64,000 nt of DNA from Eimeria praecox (lineage: Eukaryota), in contig OY986946.1 in the NCBI GenBank assembly GCA_963920595.1, positions 5,890,001-5,954,000 of the forward strand. Reading direction: 5' to 3'. The notes under the pieces are model-generated. The model did no database searches. It had not been told where the DNA came from and saw only the letters and a program-made list of their open reading frames with translations. This document shows, in pieces, positions 1 to 13,777 of the stretch (the stretch's first letter is position 1; the number at the start of each line of letters is the position of its first letter). A program made the position numbers and the translations under genes.

Positions 1-443
1 ATCCTGTGGGGCTTGTGGGACATGTGGGGCCGCCTGTTGGGCCTGTTGGGCTTGTGGGGCCTGTGGGGCCTGTGGGGCCGCCTGTGGGGCCTGTGGGGCC
101 TGTGGGGCCTGTGGGGCCGCCTGTGGGGCCCGCGATGCCCGTGGGGCCCGTGGGGCCCGTGGAGCCCTTGGAGGCTGTTGTTGCAGGGGTTCGGGGGCCT
201 GAAAAGGTAGGAAGAGTGGTATATGATGTCCGTGGGGTGAGGAGTGAGGAGAGAGAGGGACATAGGGTGTGTGTTGAGGTGTATGAGGGGCCCTCATAGA
301 CGGATCTGTTGTAATAAGAGTATTTGATGTTCTAGGAGTATGAGGGATTTCGTCTTCTGATTCAAAGGAAGGAGAAAGTAAATCGTGTAGAGAAAGAAGA
401 TTGGATTCATTGAAGGCTGCAAAATTTGAACGAGAGTCCCTCG

Positions 444-478
<35 letters not shown>

Positions 479-795
479 GGTGTTGTTGTTGTTGTTGGTG
501 TTGTTGTTGTTGTTGGTGTTGTTGTTGTTGTTGGTGTTTGATAGTTATTAGAAGATGGAGTAGACCATTCTGGTGTATAATAAGATCTTAAAGGGCTTCT
601 ATATATATTCGAAGGATCATATATATCAGATTGTATGTACGTACACTCGGAAGGATGTTGTAGATCCCCAGTATTATTGTGTCTTTGACGATGTCGTCCT
701 TCTTCGTGTTGATGATGGTGTCGATTATGACGATGACGGAGCTGTTGTTGAGGCTGATGGTGCCTATGATGACGTCGTTGCTGCGGATACAGTTG

Positions 796-837
<42 letters not shown>

Positions 838-1098
838 TAGCTGCTGTAAATACTGGAGATGCTCTGTTTGACGCTGTTCTTCATATCCACTAAGGGCTGG
901 GGGTGAGGTTGTACCTGCATCAACAGGTCTTAGCTCCCAAGGGATATGAGCAAATAAACACGAGTCCCCCATAGTACAGATCCCATCAGCAAATAATAAA
1001 CAAGATTCGTTACGTTCAATAACTCTGGAGGGATCTACTATCCTTGTGTGTGATGGCGGAGACCCCCCTCCGCCTTGATAGTAGTGTCTTCTATGCAT
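1..1098 (-). CDS. CCCH-type zinc finger protein (3' end runs off the window)
   Basis: ATG at 1098, frame open to the window edge, so it is missing from the ORF track. MHRRHYYQ...[28 protein letters not shown] gives C-x7-C-x5-C-x3-H at 1002-946, followed by Q/H-rich, poly-T and (APQ)n low-complexity tracts. Confidence 0.8.
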
Positions 1099-1696
1099 GA
1101 CAGCGACGATTGATTATAAATAAACAATATTATATTGATATTTATATTTATTGTATTTATTTAATATCATATATACATTTATTCGCAGAATATAACGTTG
1201 AAATAAACACTGTACACATACACAACACCACATAACACCTGCTAGCCGTGAATATAACGGAGAGAGGAAGTAAGGCGATAACAGCGATGTGTCTGTCTGC
1301 TTTTGGTTGTGTACAGGTCTTCTGTTTATAATAATAATATGCGTTTATTTCTATCTGTATTTATATTATTTATTTATATTTATTATTTATTTATATATGG
1401 AAGGAGACACACACACACACACACACATACACCCCGTGTGTCGATTGTCCCTCGTAAGTAACCTCTCACGTTTTGTGTGTTATTTATAAAAATAAACAAA
1501 CACATTATATATTTTATATTTATATTTTAATTCATTTATTATTTATTCTAATCATTTTATATATTCATTCTATACATTGTCATAGTTTGATAGAACTCGT
1601 AGCTTGTGGTGCATAACACCTCTCTCCCCCTCTCGCCCTTCAAAAACATATACTCGATACGAAAGATATAAACTCCTTCTGGAGTATATATATAAA

Positions 1697-1743
<47 letters not shown>

Positions 1744-1838
1744 TATAATTATTAATATATATAATATATTATATTATTATATATTAATTTTCTATCGCTT
1801 TCACACTCAAATAAAACAATCGACGGGATCAGATGAGA

Positions 1839-1898
1839 CCTAAACCCTAAACCCTAAACCCTAAACCCTAAACCCTAAACCCTAAACCCTAAACCCTA
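1839..1898 (+). repeat. Interstitial telomere-like (AAACCCT)n array
   Basis: About 8 tandem AAACCCT units read directly. Similar arrays occur at 5567-5665, 38563-38595 and 39764-39807. Confidence 0.95.
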
Positions 1899-2142
1899 AT
1901 AGAACGTCAATCCCCCTCTACGATTGCCTGTCTTTAAATCAATACACTCAGGCTGTTCTTGTATAATTATAAACAATCTCACTCCCTTCAACATATCTGT
2001 GGCTTAAGTAGAATTTACAGCAATCGTATTCTAATCAAATTGCTCCTTTATACTTGAGGTGTACGTACAGGTGCACATCCATATCTAAATATATATATTA
2101 TAATAATATCTTAATATTATTACTTCACTTATACTACTACTA

Positions 2143-2189
<47 letters not shown>

Positions 2190-2448
2190 CAAAGAAAAGG
2201 CTTATACTCGTATACAAACAACATTGTCTGATGAGACAGCCGCCAGAATCAATTTGTCTTCTCTCCAACTTTGTGAAAGAGAGAAAGAATGAGAGAGACG
2301 CTATCATCCCTCAGCCTCAGCTGTTATCTTCGTTTATATACTAACTGTATCCGCTGCAGAAGCACATCTGCAGTTCTATTCTTTGTACGCTCCATATTTC
2401 TATATAAACATATATTAAAATAAGTAGATAAATAAATAAATAAATAAA

Positions 2449-2483
<35 letters not shown>

Positions 2484-2625
2484 CACATAATAATATATAA
2501 CAAACGACTGTCATTGTTATATTCAAGTCGCACACACTTCCAGTCACTAGCACAAGCACGTTGCCTGCTCCAGCCTACTTATGTTTGTCTAGCTATCTAT
2601 ATGCCTATATCTATATATCTATATA

Positions 2626-2669
<44 letters not shown>

Positions 2670-3565
2670 AATAGATGGAGGAGACGCTCTCTACGGCAAA
2701 CAGCGTTCTACAGTATATGGATTCCTCTGTTAGATATCAGGCTTTATCTTTTGTTTTTTTTCTGTAGTGTCTATACAGCTCATCAATCCTCTCTACGTAT
2801 CTTCAGCAGCAGCAGTCTATCGTTATCTATTGGAAGGAGGCAAGACACCTCCAAGTCAGTATCTCATTCAGAGTTCTTTCTCTCTACTGTCGTAGCTCGC
2901 GCTGTATATCCACATAAAAATATATTTCTGAGGTTTTGTCGACTTGGCACTGCTCAAGTCGTCTTCCTACTTAGCTGCGGTGTACGTACGTACACCAAAT
3001 ACAAAGGGCCCCAACAAAAGGCCCTCAGGGGGGCCCCGGGCCCCAAGAGGATCTGAAAGGGGGGAAGGGAAAGACGAAAGGGTCAGGAGGCCCTAAGGGG
3101 GGCCCCTGGAGGGCCCCGAGGGGGGCCTAGGGGGCCCCATGATGGCCTCAGGAGGGTTTCAGGGGCCCCATGGAGGAGGCCTCAAGAAAGGCTTCAGAGG
3201 AGGGGCCCCAGTGGGGCCCCTCCCCTGGCTAGCCATTGATAGGAGGCTAGCTCAGCGTTGACCTCCCCCACGAGCTGTATAGGCTCGTATGCGAGGGACT
3301 GTATACACCTGGGGGACAGCAGGGGGGCGTGGCTGTTGCGCCTGCATGCACAGAACGGAAGACATCACTCCTCTCTAAGCTTTGTCTCTGTTAAGATGTC
3401 TCTACATATCATAAGCGTAAGCTATACGAAACACTATGGGGGGGGAGGGGGGGGGGGGCCCAGGGGCCCAGGGGCCCCCCCCCATAGTGTTTCTATGGGG
3501 GGCCCCTGGGGCCCCCTTGTGCCTCGTATAAAGCCACAGTTTAGGGTTTAGGTCTATCGATATGT

Positions 3566-4728
3566 TTATCTTACTTGCTCCCATGAGGGCTGGGGATTGC
3601 GTGGGGGGGGAGGAGAAGACCAACAGTTTTTGATGTAGTTGCTGAAGATGCATGCATCAGGGGGAGGATCTATCTCTTGATCGTCAGCAGCATATGGGGC
3701 TCTTCTGTCTACAACATAAGGGTTAGTAGCAGGGCTAACAACAATATCTACAGGGGCCCCCTCTTCTATGCCTCCCCCCGTCCCTGCCCCTCGTTTGGGG
3801 GGCCCACATGTGGAGGAGAAGCAGCAGTTCGATCCCGATCCCTGAGGGGAGGCCCCTCCTGCTGTAGGGAGCTCCTTAAGATAGGCCCCCCTTACAAGCA
3901 AAGGAGAGTTGCTGCCTGTAGATAGGGGCCCCACAACATAGGGTGCATCAAAGGCTGCAGACTGGGGCCCCTCAGTTATATATACTGTGGGCTTCCCGTC
4001 TTCTCCGTTTCTAGCGAAATTCAACACCACAGGACGACCATGAGGGGTTGAGAGAACTGCAGCAGCAACAGCAGCAGCAGCAGCAACAGCAACAGCAGCA
4101 GCAGCAGCAGCAGGTCAGACACATCAGCCACAACGTTAAACATGCATGCATGCAACAGCCCCATACATACATAGAAAACCCCCCTCACTCACCCCACAAA
4201 GTAGGGCAACACCCACGCACGCCCTTCTACAAAGTCCCCTGTATATCATATCAAGCCCATAAACAACAATTATGTTGAGGGGCTACAACCCCTCAGGCCC
4301 TTCTTCTCTAGAGGTACCTGCCTTAAACTCTGTCCCTGTCAGCTCTTGCTCTGAGGGTAAGGTTTGTTCGTGTGCAAGAACATCATCAATATACACCTCA
4401 ACACTATTCTTCTGTATGCTGTCTCCCCCGCCGTCGTCTGTCACATAGCGTATCTTCACTCGGGGCTCTGCAGCACCGTTGGGGGAGGCCCCATCCCCAG
4501 GGGCAGTTGGATACGGGCCTGGGGGGGCCCCTGCTGAAAGGGGCCCCCCCGGGGGCCCCGAGGGCCTCCCATAGTAGTCCCCTGTCCCTGCACAGACGCA
4601 AACACCCCTTCCTGTACAGGGTCACCTCAGGTCAAATCCCCGAAGGCACGTGGCGAACCAGAGGAGGAGGCCAAGTATCACAGCCGAAGAGACACAAGAC
4701 AACAAGGTTAAAAGGACTGTCTCCTCGC

Positions 4729-4791
<63 letters not shown>

Positions 4792-4818
4792 GTACATATG
4801 TATTATACATATATGAAC

Positions 4819-4873
<55 letters not shown>

Positions 4874-6049
4874 TACATTATAAACCCCCAAGCCCATCAG
4901 GCCCATCAAAGGAGACACGAAGAAGACCGCTCTCCCAGCAGAAACTCAGTAGAAGAGTGAATCCCTCTATAGACTCTAACAACTAAGCCGCCAGCATAAC
5001 AACTGACACGGTGAGGGACAGAGGAGGTTAGACACCCCGGGTCCCCTCCTGACTCTATCTAGTTAACTGATGGTGGCTAGCTGATGTTAGCTAGCTAGCT
5101 AGCTAGCTAGCTAGCTAGCTAGCTAGCTAGCTAGCTATCATGGGGACAGACAATAATTGCTGAGGCTTCAAAGAACAGAGAGATCTACAGGATATCCCCT
5201 GCTGCGTCTGCGTCTATCTACTAAGTCCTTACAAGCTGAAGCGACGCCGCCAGGTCTTGCGGCTGCTGGGGAGCGAGAGGGTGCTGCTGTTTGAATAGAG
5301 GCATCTACAGGGCGTTGAGGGGCAGAAGGCCATTTGTCTTGGGGGCCCCCCCCCGAGACACCTGCAGAACCTGGGGGGGGCCCCGAGCAGCAACTGCGGA
5401 CGGAGCGCCCCTCTCTCCCGCTGTTTGCTGCAGCAGCCAGAGACAAGAAGAAGAAGAAACAGCTATTGTAGCTACACTTGAGACAGCAGGAGCCACAACC
5501 CTCCTTTCCAGCTGACTCTCTATGTGTCTTAGAGGGGAGAGACACCGTGTCCATGCATGCTTCACAAACCCTAAACCCTAAACCCTAAACCCTACGCCCT
5601 AAACCCTAAACCCTACCCCCTAAACCCTAAACCCTAACCCCTAAACCCCAAACCCTCCCCCCTAAACGGGGTGTACGTACACAGCGTATGGGGGTTTTGA
5701 CGTCTTCGATGAAGGGGAAACACCTGAGGCCCCAAGGGATAGAGTTCGTATTTGTTTTCTTCTGAATCGAAGAGAGTAACTGTCTTGTTGGCTGGCCTCC
5801 CAGGCAGAGGACGAGTGGGGGGCCGAGGAGGAGACATAAAGCAACAGGGGGGACAGAGGTTCTCGAGGGTGGGCCCCCGGGGTCCAGTGATATACAAGGG
5901 GGGCCCCGGGTACTCTACTGGGGCTGCACCAAATTGCATGCATGCACACAGAGGACAAAGCCCCAAAAACTTATACTCGAGACGCATGCAATCCAAAGAA
6001 ATACATACGGCTACAAAGAACCTACACCGAGCGTTTCGAGGGAACACCT

Positions 6050-6110
<61 letters not shown>

Positions 6111-6113
6111 GAC

Positions 6114-6144
<31 letters not shown>

Positions 6145-7465
6145 CAGGCATACAGATAGAGAGCCTACACCTCAAGAGAGAGAAAGAGAGAGGGGGAGAG
6201 AGACAGAGAGAGAGAGAGAGAAAGAGACAGGCATACAGATAGAGAGACAGAGAGACAGACAGGGACAGATGGAGAGAACCGTGTCTGTACACTGTCTCTC
6301 TTCAGCACACAAAGACAAGAGAAGGAGAAGGGAGGAGGGGGTAGGGGGAGGGGGGGAGGTGTAGGGTAGCCTGTAGAGCCTGTAAGGTTTTGAAAGTGTG
6401 TGTATAATGCCTTACTTTCTGCTAGAGGACGGCGCATAGGGTCAACATTCCAAAGAGCAAAGGGATCAAGGAATCCATTGTTAACAGAAGATATCTGTCG
6501 AGGGTCTATTGGGGTCTTTGCTAACTTCTGTATACGCGGTTTATTTATATAATATCTGTCTCCTAACTGTGTCATCTGCAGCACAAGTTGTGTCTGTAGA
6601 CAAATAAACAACAACAACAACAACAAGTATAATAAAAATTGGAGAAGAAATACCGTCTGTTTATACACGTTATAGGATATTAGAAGAGACAGTTGAAGAG
6701 ACAGACACCAGAAGAGACACAAGAAGAGACACTAGAAGAGACACTAGAAGAGACACCAGAAGAGACACTAGGAGAGACACTAGAAGAGACAGTAGAAGAG
6801 ACACTACAAGAGACACTACAGGACACACTAGAAGAGACACTAGAAGAGACAGTAGGACAGACACTAGAAGAGACACTAGAAGAGACACCAGAAGAGACAC
6901 TAGAAGATACACTAGGAGAGACACTAGAAGAGACACTAAAGGAGACACTAGAAAGGACACTTGGAGAGACAGTAGAAGAGACAGTAGAAGAGACACTAGA
7001 AGAAACGGAGGAGGAGACACAGGAGGAGAGAGAGATATATAGCTGTTTAGAGGGAATAGGATAAGAGACAGCCCGCTCTTCTCTATATTCTAAAGGACCT
7101 GTCTCAGACGCTGAATCAGACTTGGCATCCAAATCTTAACTTTCTCTTCTGTTGAAATTATCCAACACGCTGCTAAGAGAGATCTGCAGCAACAGCACAC
7201 AAACACCATACCTCACATATATATAAATATTATATATATAATATATAATATACTATATATATTATGTATATTGTATATATAATATATATATTATACATCT
7301 TATATAGAATACATATATATAATATATGTAATATACATTATACATATAATGCATGTTATATATATAATATATGTATTGTATATGATATATATTGCACACA
7401 TTATGTATATTATGTATATTATATATATTATGTATATTATATATATATATATATTATATATATTG

Positions 7466-7496
<31 letters not shown>

Positions 7497-8298
7497 TGTA
7501 TGTACATAAAACGAGCGAGCCCATATCAGTATGAGAACCCTCATAAACGCTTCTCCTTTACTCCTAAATCCACGCTAGGATTATATAATATATAACATAT
7601 ATATTAATATATAGAATATACATTATCTAGCAAATATATACTATGTAATATATAATATAAATATATGATAAACTATATAACATAGACTGTGTATCCTCCT
7701 CACTCAAACATGTTTACAAACTGCTGCGTTCGTGTGGGGCCCTCCTCCTTCAGCGCTAGAACGTAGGGCCCCAAGGCCATGCATGCAACGGCGAAGGCGG
7801 GGATAGCAGGCCCCGTGAGGAAGTGATCGACTTCTTGTTCTACCCACACAATTCGTCGCGAGGGTTCGATACCCGCCTCCTACACAGAACAAACGATATA
7901 ACAGACAGACAATTCTCTCTCCCTCTCTGGATACATATATATATATATAGATATATATGTATATATATATATATAAGGCTCTGTTTCTATCTCCGAATCT
8001 CTGTCTCTGCCTCTGTGTCTCTGTCTCTACCTCTGTCTCTACCTCTGTCTCTACCTCTGTCACTCTGCTGTCCCTCTCTCTCTGTCTGCATAGAATATAT
8101 ATATCTAGATATCTATATAGAGATATATATCTATATAGATATATGTCTATACATCTATATATCTATACATCTATATATCTATATAGATATATAGATATAT
8201 AGATATATAGATATATAGATATATAGATATATAGATATATAGATATATAGATATATAGATTATATAGATATATAGATATATCTGTATCTATGTATATG

Positions 8299-8332
<34 letters not shown>

Positions 8333-9343
8333 TAGAAATATATAGAGAGAGAGAGCGTTTTGATTGTGAGAATATGTGTTTGTCTTACCTCTGACAGCTT
8401 CGTAAAGTAATCGGCTGCATACAACTTCAATAACTCGCGGCCTGTGGGGCAGTCAGAGCGCTGAGGGACAGCAGCTCCTTCTATGCATTCTCGAATACGG
8501 GGGATGAGGTGATCGACTGAAGTCATACAAACATTTATATTAATACATTTGTTTTTATAATTAACACAAACACAAATATATATTAATTATATTATTATAT
8601 TAGTAGCAAGATCAAACATACAAGAAGAAAACAAACAAAACAAATCATTCGGTAGAATAGGAAGACATAAACATACATACAAACACATAACACCTTGCAT
8701 AAACATCAAGTAGTAATAACAGAAGGAATATATATATATATATATATATATATATTGATAGATAGATAGATAAATAGATACATATAGATATATAGATATA
8801 TGCATACATATATATATATATATATATACTAACAGAATTATATATACAAGTATACAAACAGACAGAGCAAACAAACAAAAGAAGAGACCCCGCCAGATAT
8901 GTCTACAGGCCGAAGCCACGACAAATAGAAAAAAAAAGACGAAGACAGAAAATAAAATAAACAGCAATCGGGTGTACAGACAGCTCAACAAGATACTGTC
9001 TCCTTTTCAAGGCGGACGGATGTTTGTAGAGGAGACAGTGTTTTGTCTCTGTCTTTCATTAATATAGAGAAGTAGTAAGGGGGTAGTTTGTAATGTATTA
9101 ACATTAAATTATATAAGACAATAGCAACATAAACAATAACGAAAGGAATAGAAAAATAGAAGGAGACAGTAGATATAAGATAACTCACACTTGTAAGCAA
9201 ACAACTCCTGTAAGTCCTGCAACAGAGCATTGTCTTCAGCTATACGTTCTGTCCTAAGTCTGATAAGAGAGACAAATAAATAAATATATTTAATTAGATA
9301 TTGTGTTCTGTTCTATGTCTGATAAGAGAGACATATACATAAA

Positions 9344-9385
<42 letters not shown>

Positions 9386-10814
9386 GATATTGTGTTGGAG
9401 ATAGGGTTGAATTTATCTATCATTCTATAAAATAAAATAAAAGAAAGGAGACAAATAAATGTCGAAGAAGATGTGTAGAGACACAACAAATATATATAAA
9501 TACGTAATATACAAAATATAGCTGCAGATACACCTGAAAGGAGACAGAAAAAATAAGAATAGATACAAACAGGAGACAGCTACACTAACTCGAACAACAA
9601 AACAAAATAAACAAATAATACAAATATATAATATTAAAAACAGCCAGCCAGACAAAGAGAGACAGATAAAGATAAAGAGACACATACAGACAGCAAGACA
9701 GACAAGGAGACAGTGGAGGAGACAAGAAGAGGGGACAGCAAGAGACATATATAGAAGATGAGAAGGAGATGAGCTAGGGAGTGTAAGAGACAGACAACCT
9801 AGAAGAAGAAAGATAAGAAAGACCTATTTGAGTAAGGTTAAGAATAATTAATATATATATTATAAATATATATATTTTAATACATTTATTATAATATAAT
9901 ACTATAGTAATACATATATTTATACATATATTATATATATATATATAGATCTGGATCTAGATATAGATCTAGCTATAGCTATAGCTATAGCTATAGATAT
10001 AGCTATAGCTATAGCTATAGCTATAGATATAGATATATAGATATAGGTATAGGTATAGATATAGATATAGATATAGATATAGATATATAGATATAGATAT
10101 AGATATAGATATAGATATAGATATAGATATAGATATAGATATAGATATAGATATAGATATAGATATAGATATAGATATAGATATAGATATAGATATAGAT
10201 ATAGATATAGATATAGATATAGATATAGATATAGATATAGATATAGATATAGATATAGATATAGATATAGATATAGATATAGATATAGATATAGATATAG
10301 ATATAGATATAGATATAGATATAGATATAGATATAGATATAGATATAGATATAGATAGATAGATGGATAGACAGATAGATAGATAGATAGCTATATACTT
10401 ACTTCTGAGCCCAGAATATATGTTCTATAAGTATAGGGGCCCATTTATATATATTATCTGTGTCAGCACTCTGACAAGCGAATCCAACACAAGCTTTAAC
10501 ATATTTAGAGACAGACAAACGAGTAGGAAGAGACTGTGCAGCAGCAAGATAGCTTCTACCAAATAAAAATAAAGAAGAGACAGTACAAATACGTTCTGTT
10601 CTTCTACGACACCATAATAAACGTAACGCCTCTTCATTTATTCTTATATCATCAGGATAAGATAATGTTTTTTTTATTGTTGAATACATCTCATAAAAAT
10701 GCATCTCAGACACTGTCTCCAATGTCTTCGCCCCTAAAACAACCAACTTCTCGTATAATCTAAACACATAACATATCTTAAAAAACATATAATAATAAAT
10801 ATTATTATTATTAA

Positions 10815-10876
<62 letters not shown>

Positions 10877-11453
10877 CTTGTAATAATAATAGTAATTACA
10901 ATAATAACAGCAATAATAATAACAATAACAATAACAATATTAATAAAAATAACAATACTAGTAACAATATTAATAACAATAACAATACTAGTAACAATAT
11001 TAATAACAATATTAATAACAATATTAATAACAATATTAATAACAATATTAATATCAATATTAATAACAACCACAATATAACAATAACAATATTAATAACA
11101 ATATTAATAACAATAACAATATTAATAACATAGAATAATAAGAATAAGAAAGAAGAAGAATAAAAACAATAAAAAACAAATACAATAATAAAAACCAAAA
11201 CCAAACAACAACAATAATATAATATATAACAACAATAATAACAAACAAACAACAACAAAGAGACAATAGCTGAAGACAGTACAGACAGGCAAGGGGGGAG
11301 AGAAGGAGAGACAGAGAGAGACAGAAAGAGAGAGACAGAGACAGAGAGAGAGATAGAGAGACAGAGAAATAAATAAGAACAGACAGCAAGCCACACACAG
11401 GACATCAACTCCAGATACACACACGCACACACACACACACACATACACACAAA

Positions 11454-11541
<88 letters not shown>

Positions 11542-11613
11542 GAGAGAGAGATAGGTAGATTCAATATATAATATATAATATATTCATTATATCTATCTAT
11601 CTATCTATCTAGC

Positions 11614-11654
<41 letters not shown>

Positions 11655-11765
11655 CCAGTTTCTAAACATCAGCATTGCATCTGCCAACACCACGAGAAGC
11701 TCAACTCATCCCCCGACCGAGCAAAAAAAGGAGACAACAGCCAGCAGCAACACCACCACCACCAC

Positions 11766-11820
<55 letters not shown>

Positions 11821-12098
11821 TAAACATACCCTGGCCCCCCATTAGCAACATCTGTAAAGCAGACTTCGAAGTCCCCCGGGGGCAGTTCCTCAGATAGATA
11901 ACCAAACCATGATGTTAGATCAAACCAAATACAACAACGTCTATCACTACATAATTTTGTTGTTGTTGTTTTATAATTCTGCTGTCTATACACCTGAGTT
12001 TCTGTGTCTGTTATATCATCATCATCGTAGGAGGAGGATGTGTCTCCTTCTTGTTGTCTTGAAAAGTAGGAAGAGTCTCGCTGTCCTTGTCCTTTTCT

Positions 12099-12151
<53 letters not shown>

Positions 12152-12280
12152 GTGCTGCTGCTGCTACTGCTGCTGCTGCTTCTTCAGCTTCACCGATAGG
12201 GCAATTACGCTCATGGCGTATACCCTCTGCGTATACAGGCATCCTGTGTCTTGTTGTTGTTGCTGCTGCTGCTGCTGCTC

Positions 12281-12312
<32 letters not shown>

Positions 12313-12425
12313 AATGCTGCTGCTGCTGCTGCTGCTGCTCCTGCTGCTAAGGAGGAGAGGCAGCAGGCCCGAAGGCGAGAGAGAGAGAGAGAGAGCGAGC
12401 GAGCTATCTCTTTGATGCTGCTCCT
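3566..12425 (-). CDS. Multi-exon hypothetical protein (gene ends approximate; further 5' exons possible up to ~13060)
   Basis: Phase-compatible GT-AG exons: 12425-11830, 10759-10403, 9259-9189, 8516-8389, 7879-7704, 7563-~7503, 7183-7099 and 6575-~6350. Likely further coding segments near 5940-5665 and ~4057-3566. The spliced product is complex and globular-looking ([24 protein letters not shown]...[11 protein letters not shown]...[38 protein letters not shown]...). The 7503/7183 junction and the 3' exons are unresolved. Confidence 0.7.
6693..7030. repeat. Intronic 12-bp minisatellite (GAAGAGACACTA)n
   Basis: Tandem 12-mers with variants, inside the intron between exons 7183-7099 and 6575. 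Confidence 0.9.
9945..10395. repeat. Intronic (CTATAG)n/(GATATA)n/(GATA)n microsatellite
   Basis: Read directly from the sequence. Confidence 0.95.
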
Positions 12426-12940
12426 CTGATAAGATTAGGGGAGACAGAAGGAGACAGTAAGTATTTTAATTTTGAAAAACAAATAAAATAATATTATTTC
12501 GTATTAGTTTAATGTATTTCTTTCTCTTCAAACCATGCTGACCGTTGGGGTGTATGCGGAAGACCGCTGTGAGGCCCTTGTCTGTTTTCGGTGTTGTTGT
12601 ATATAGCAATAAAAGATAAGAAGCAAATAAAATAAGAATAATATTATATTATATATATATAATAAATGTATTTAACTATAAAAGAAGAAGAAAGAAAGAT
12701 TCGTTGTGCTGCTGTTGCTGTTGCTGCTGTTGTTGCTGCTGCTGCTGCTGCTGGTGCTGCTGCTGTTGCTGTTGCTGCTGCAGGCGACAACAGACACAGT
12801 AGCAGGGCTATATCGACTCCGCTGCTGTTTATATAATCTTACAAATATAAAAATAAATAAATATTTAATTATAATTTAATATTTCCTTTAAATGAAACCA
12901 AATATACAAACAGATCAAACCATATAAGCAGCATAAGGCC

Positions 12941-13013
<73 letters not shown>

Positions 13014-13179
13014 GCCTTGATGAGGCTTAGTGGACCTTCTGTTGTGTTGCAATGTACGTACACCTCAACTACATCTTCTTTCTTTAATAATATATAAAAT
13101 AAATAATAAATATTATATATTATTTAAATAAATAAACTTATTTATAAACAATCAAAACAAATATAAATAGAAAACCTGC

Positions 13180-13229
13180 AGGGGCCCTGCTGCAGGGGGC
13201 CTCTAGAGGCCCCCTGCAGCAGGGCCCCT
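13180..13229. other. Perfect 50-bp palindrome with no spacer
   Basis: aggggccctgctgcagggggcctct|agaggccccctgcagcagggcccct; the two arms are exact reverse complements. Confidence 0.95.
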
Positions 13230-13777
13230 TATACAAAGTATTTGTTTGTTTTTATTTATTTATTTGTTTATTATATTAATTAATATAATATATTTATCTT
13301 CTATATCTCTTTATAATTTATTCTATGCCTCTATATTGAAGGCAGCAACAACCCCATCAAACCCTTATACTGTCTGTACCCTATACCTATATATACCTCG
13401 AGGGGCCTGTACCCTATACCTATATATACCTCGAGGGGCCCCCATCGAGGGGCCCCCATCGAGGGCCCCCCCCCCCCCGCCCCCCCCCCTAATCCTTTGC
13501 TGCTTCTCTTATAACTTTTCTTCTTCTTATGTTTCTCTCCCACAATTTATTTTGCTGTATTTGTCTGAGAGATTGTTTAAATACCCTGCAGCAGCAGCAG
13601 CAGCAGCAACAGCAGCAACAGCAGCAACAGCAGCAGCAGAAACAATAACAGCAGCAGCAGCAGCAGCAGCAGAAACAATAACAGCAGCAGCAGCAGCAAC
13701 AGCAACACTAGCATAAGGGGAGCAACAGAATACGAGCATACGGACTTGAGCTGCTTCCTATACCTACATGCGGGGCG

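Noticed and set aside
6..299. Collagen-like (GPV)n ORF on the + strand
   Set aside because: Antisense shadow of the (APQ)n tract of the minus-strand CCCH gene.
1900..3400. Short unique stretches that could be exons
   Set aside because: Stops occur in most frames, and no phase-compatible chain was found on either strand.
6693..7064. (EETL)n antigen-like ORF
   Set aside because: A 12-bp minisatellite on the opposite strand inside an intron, with no credible start or splice context.
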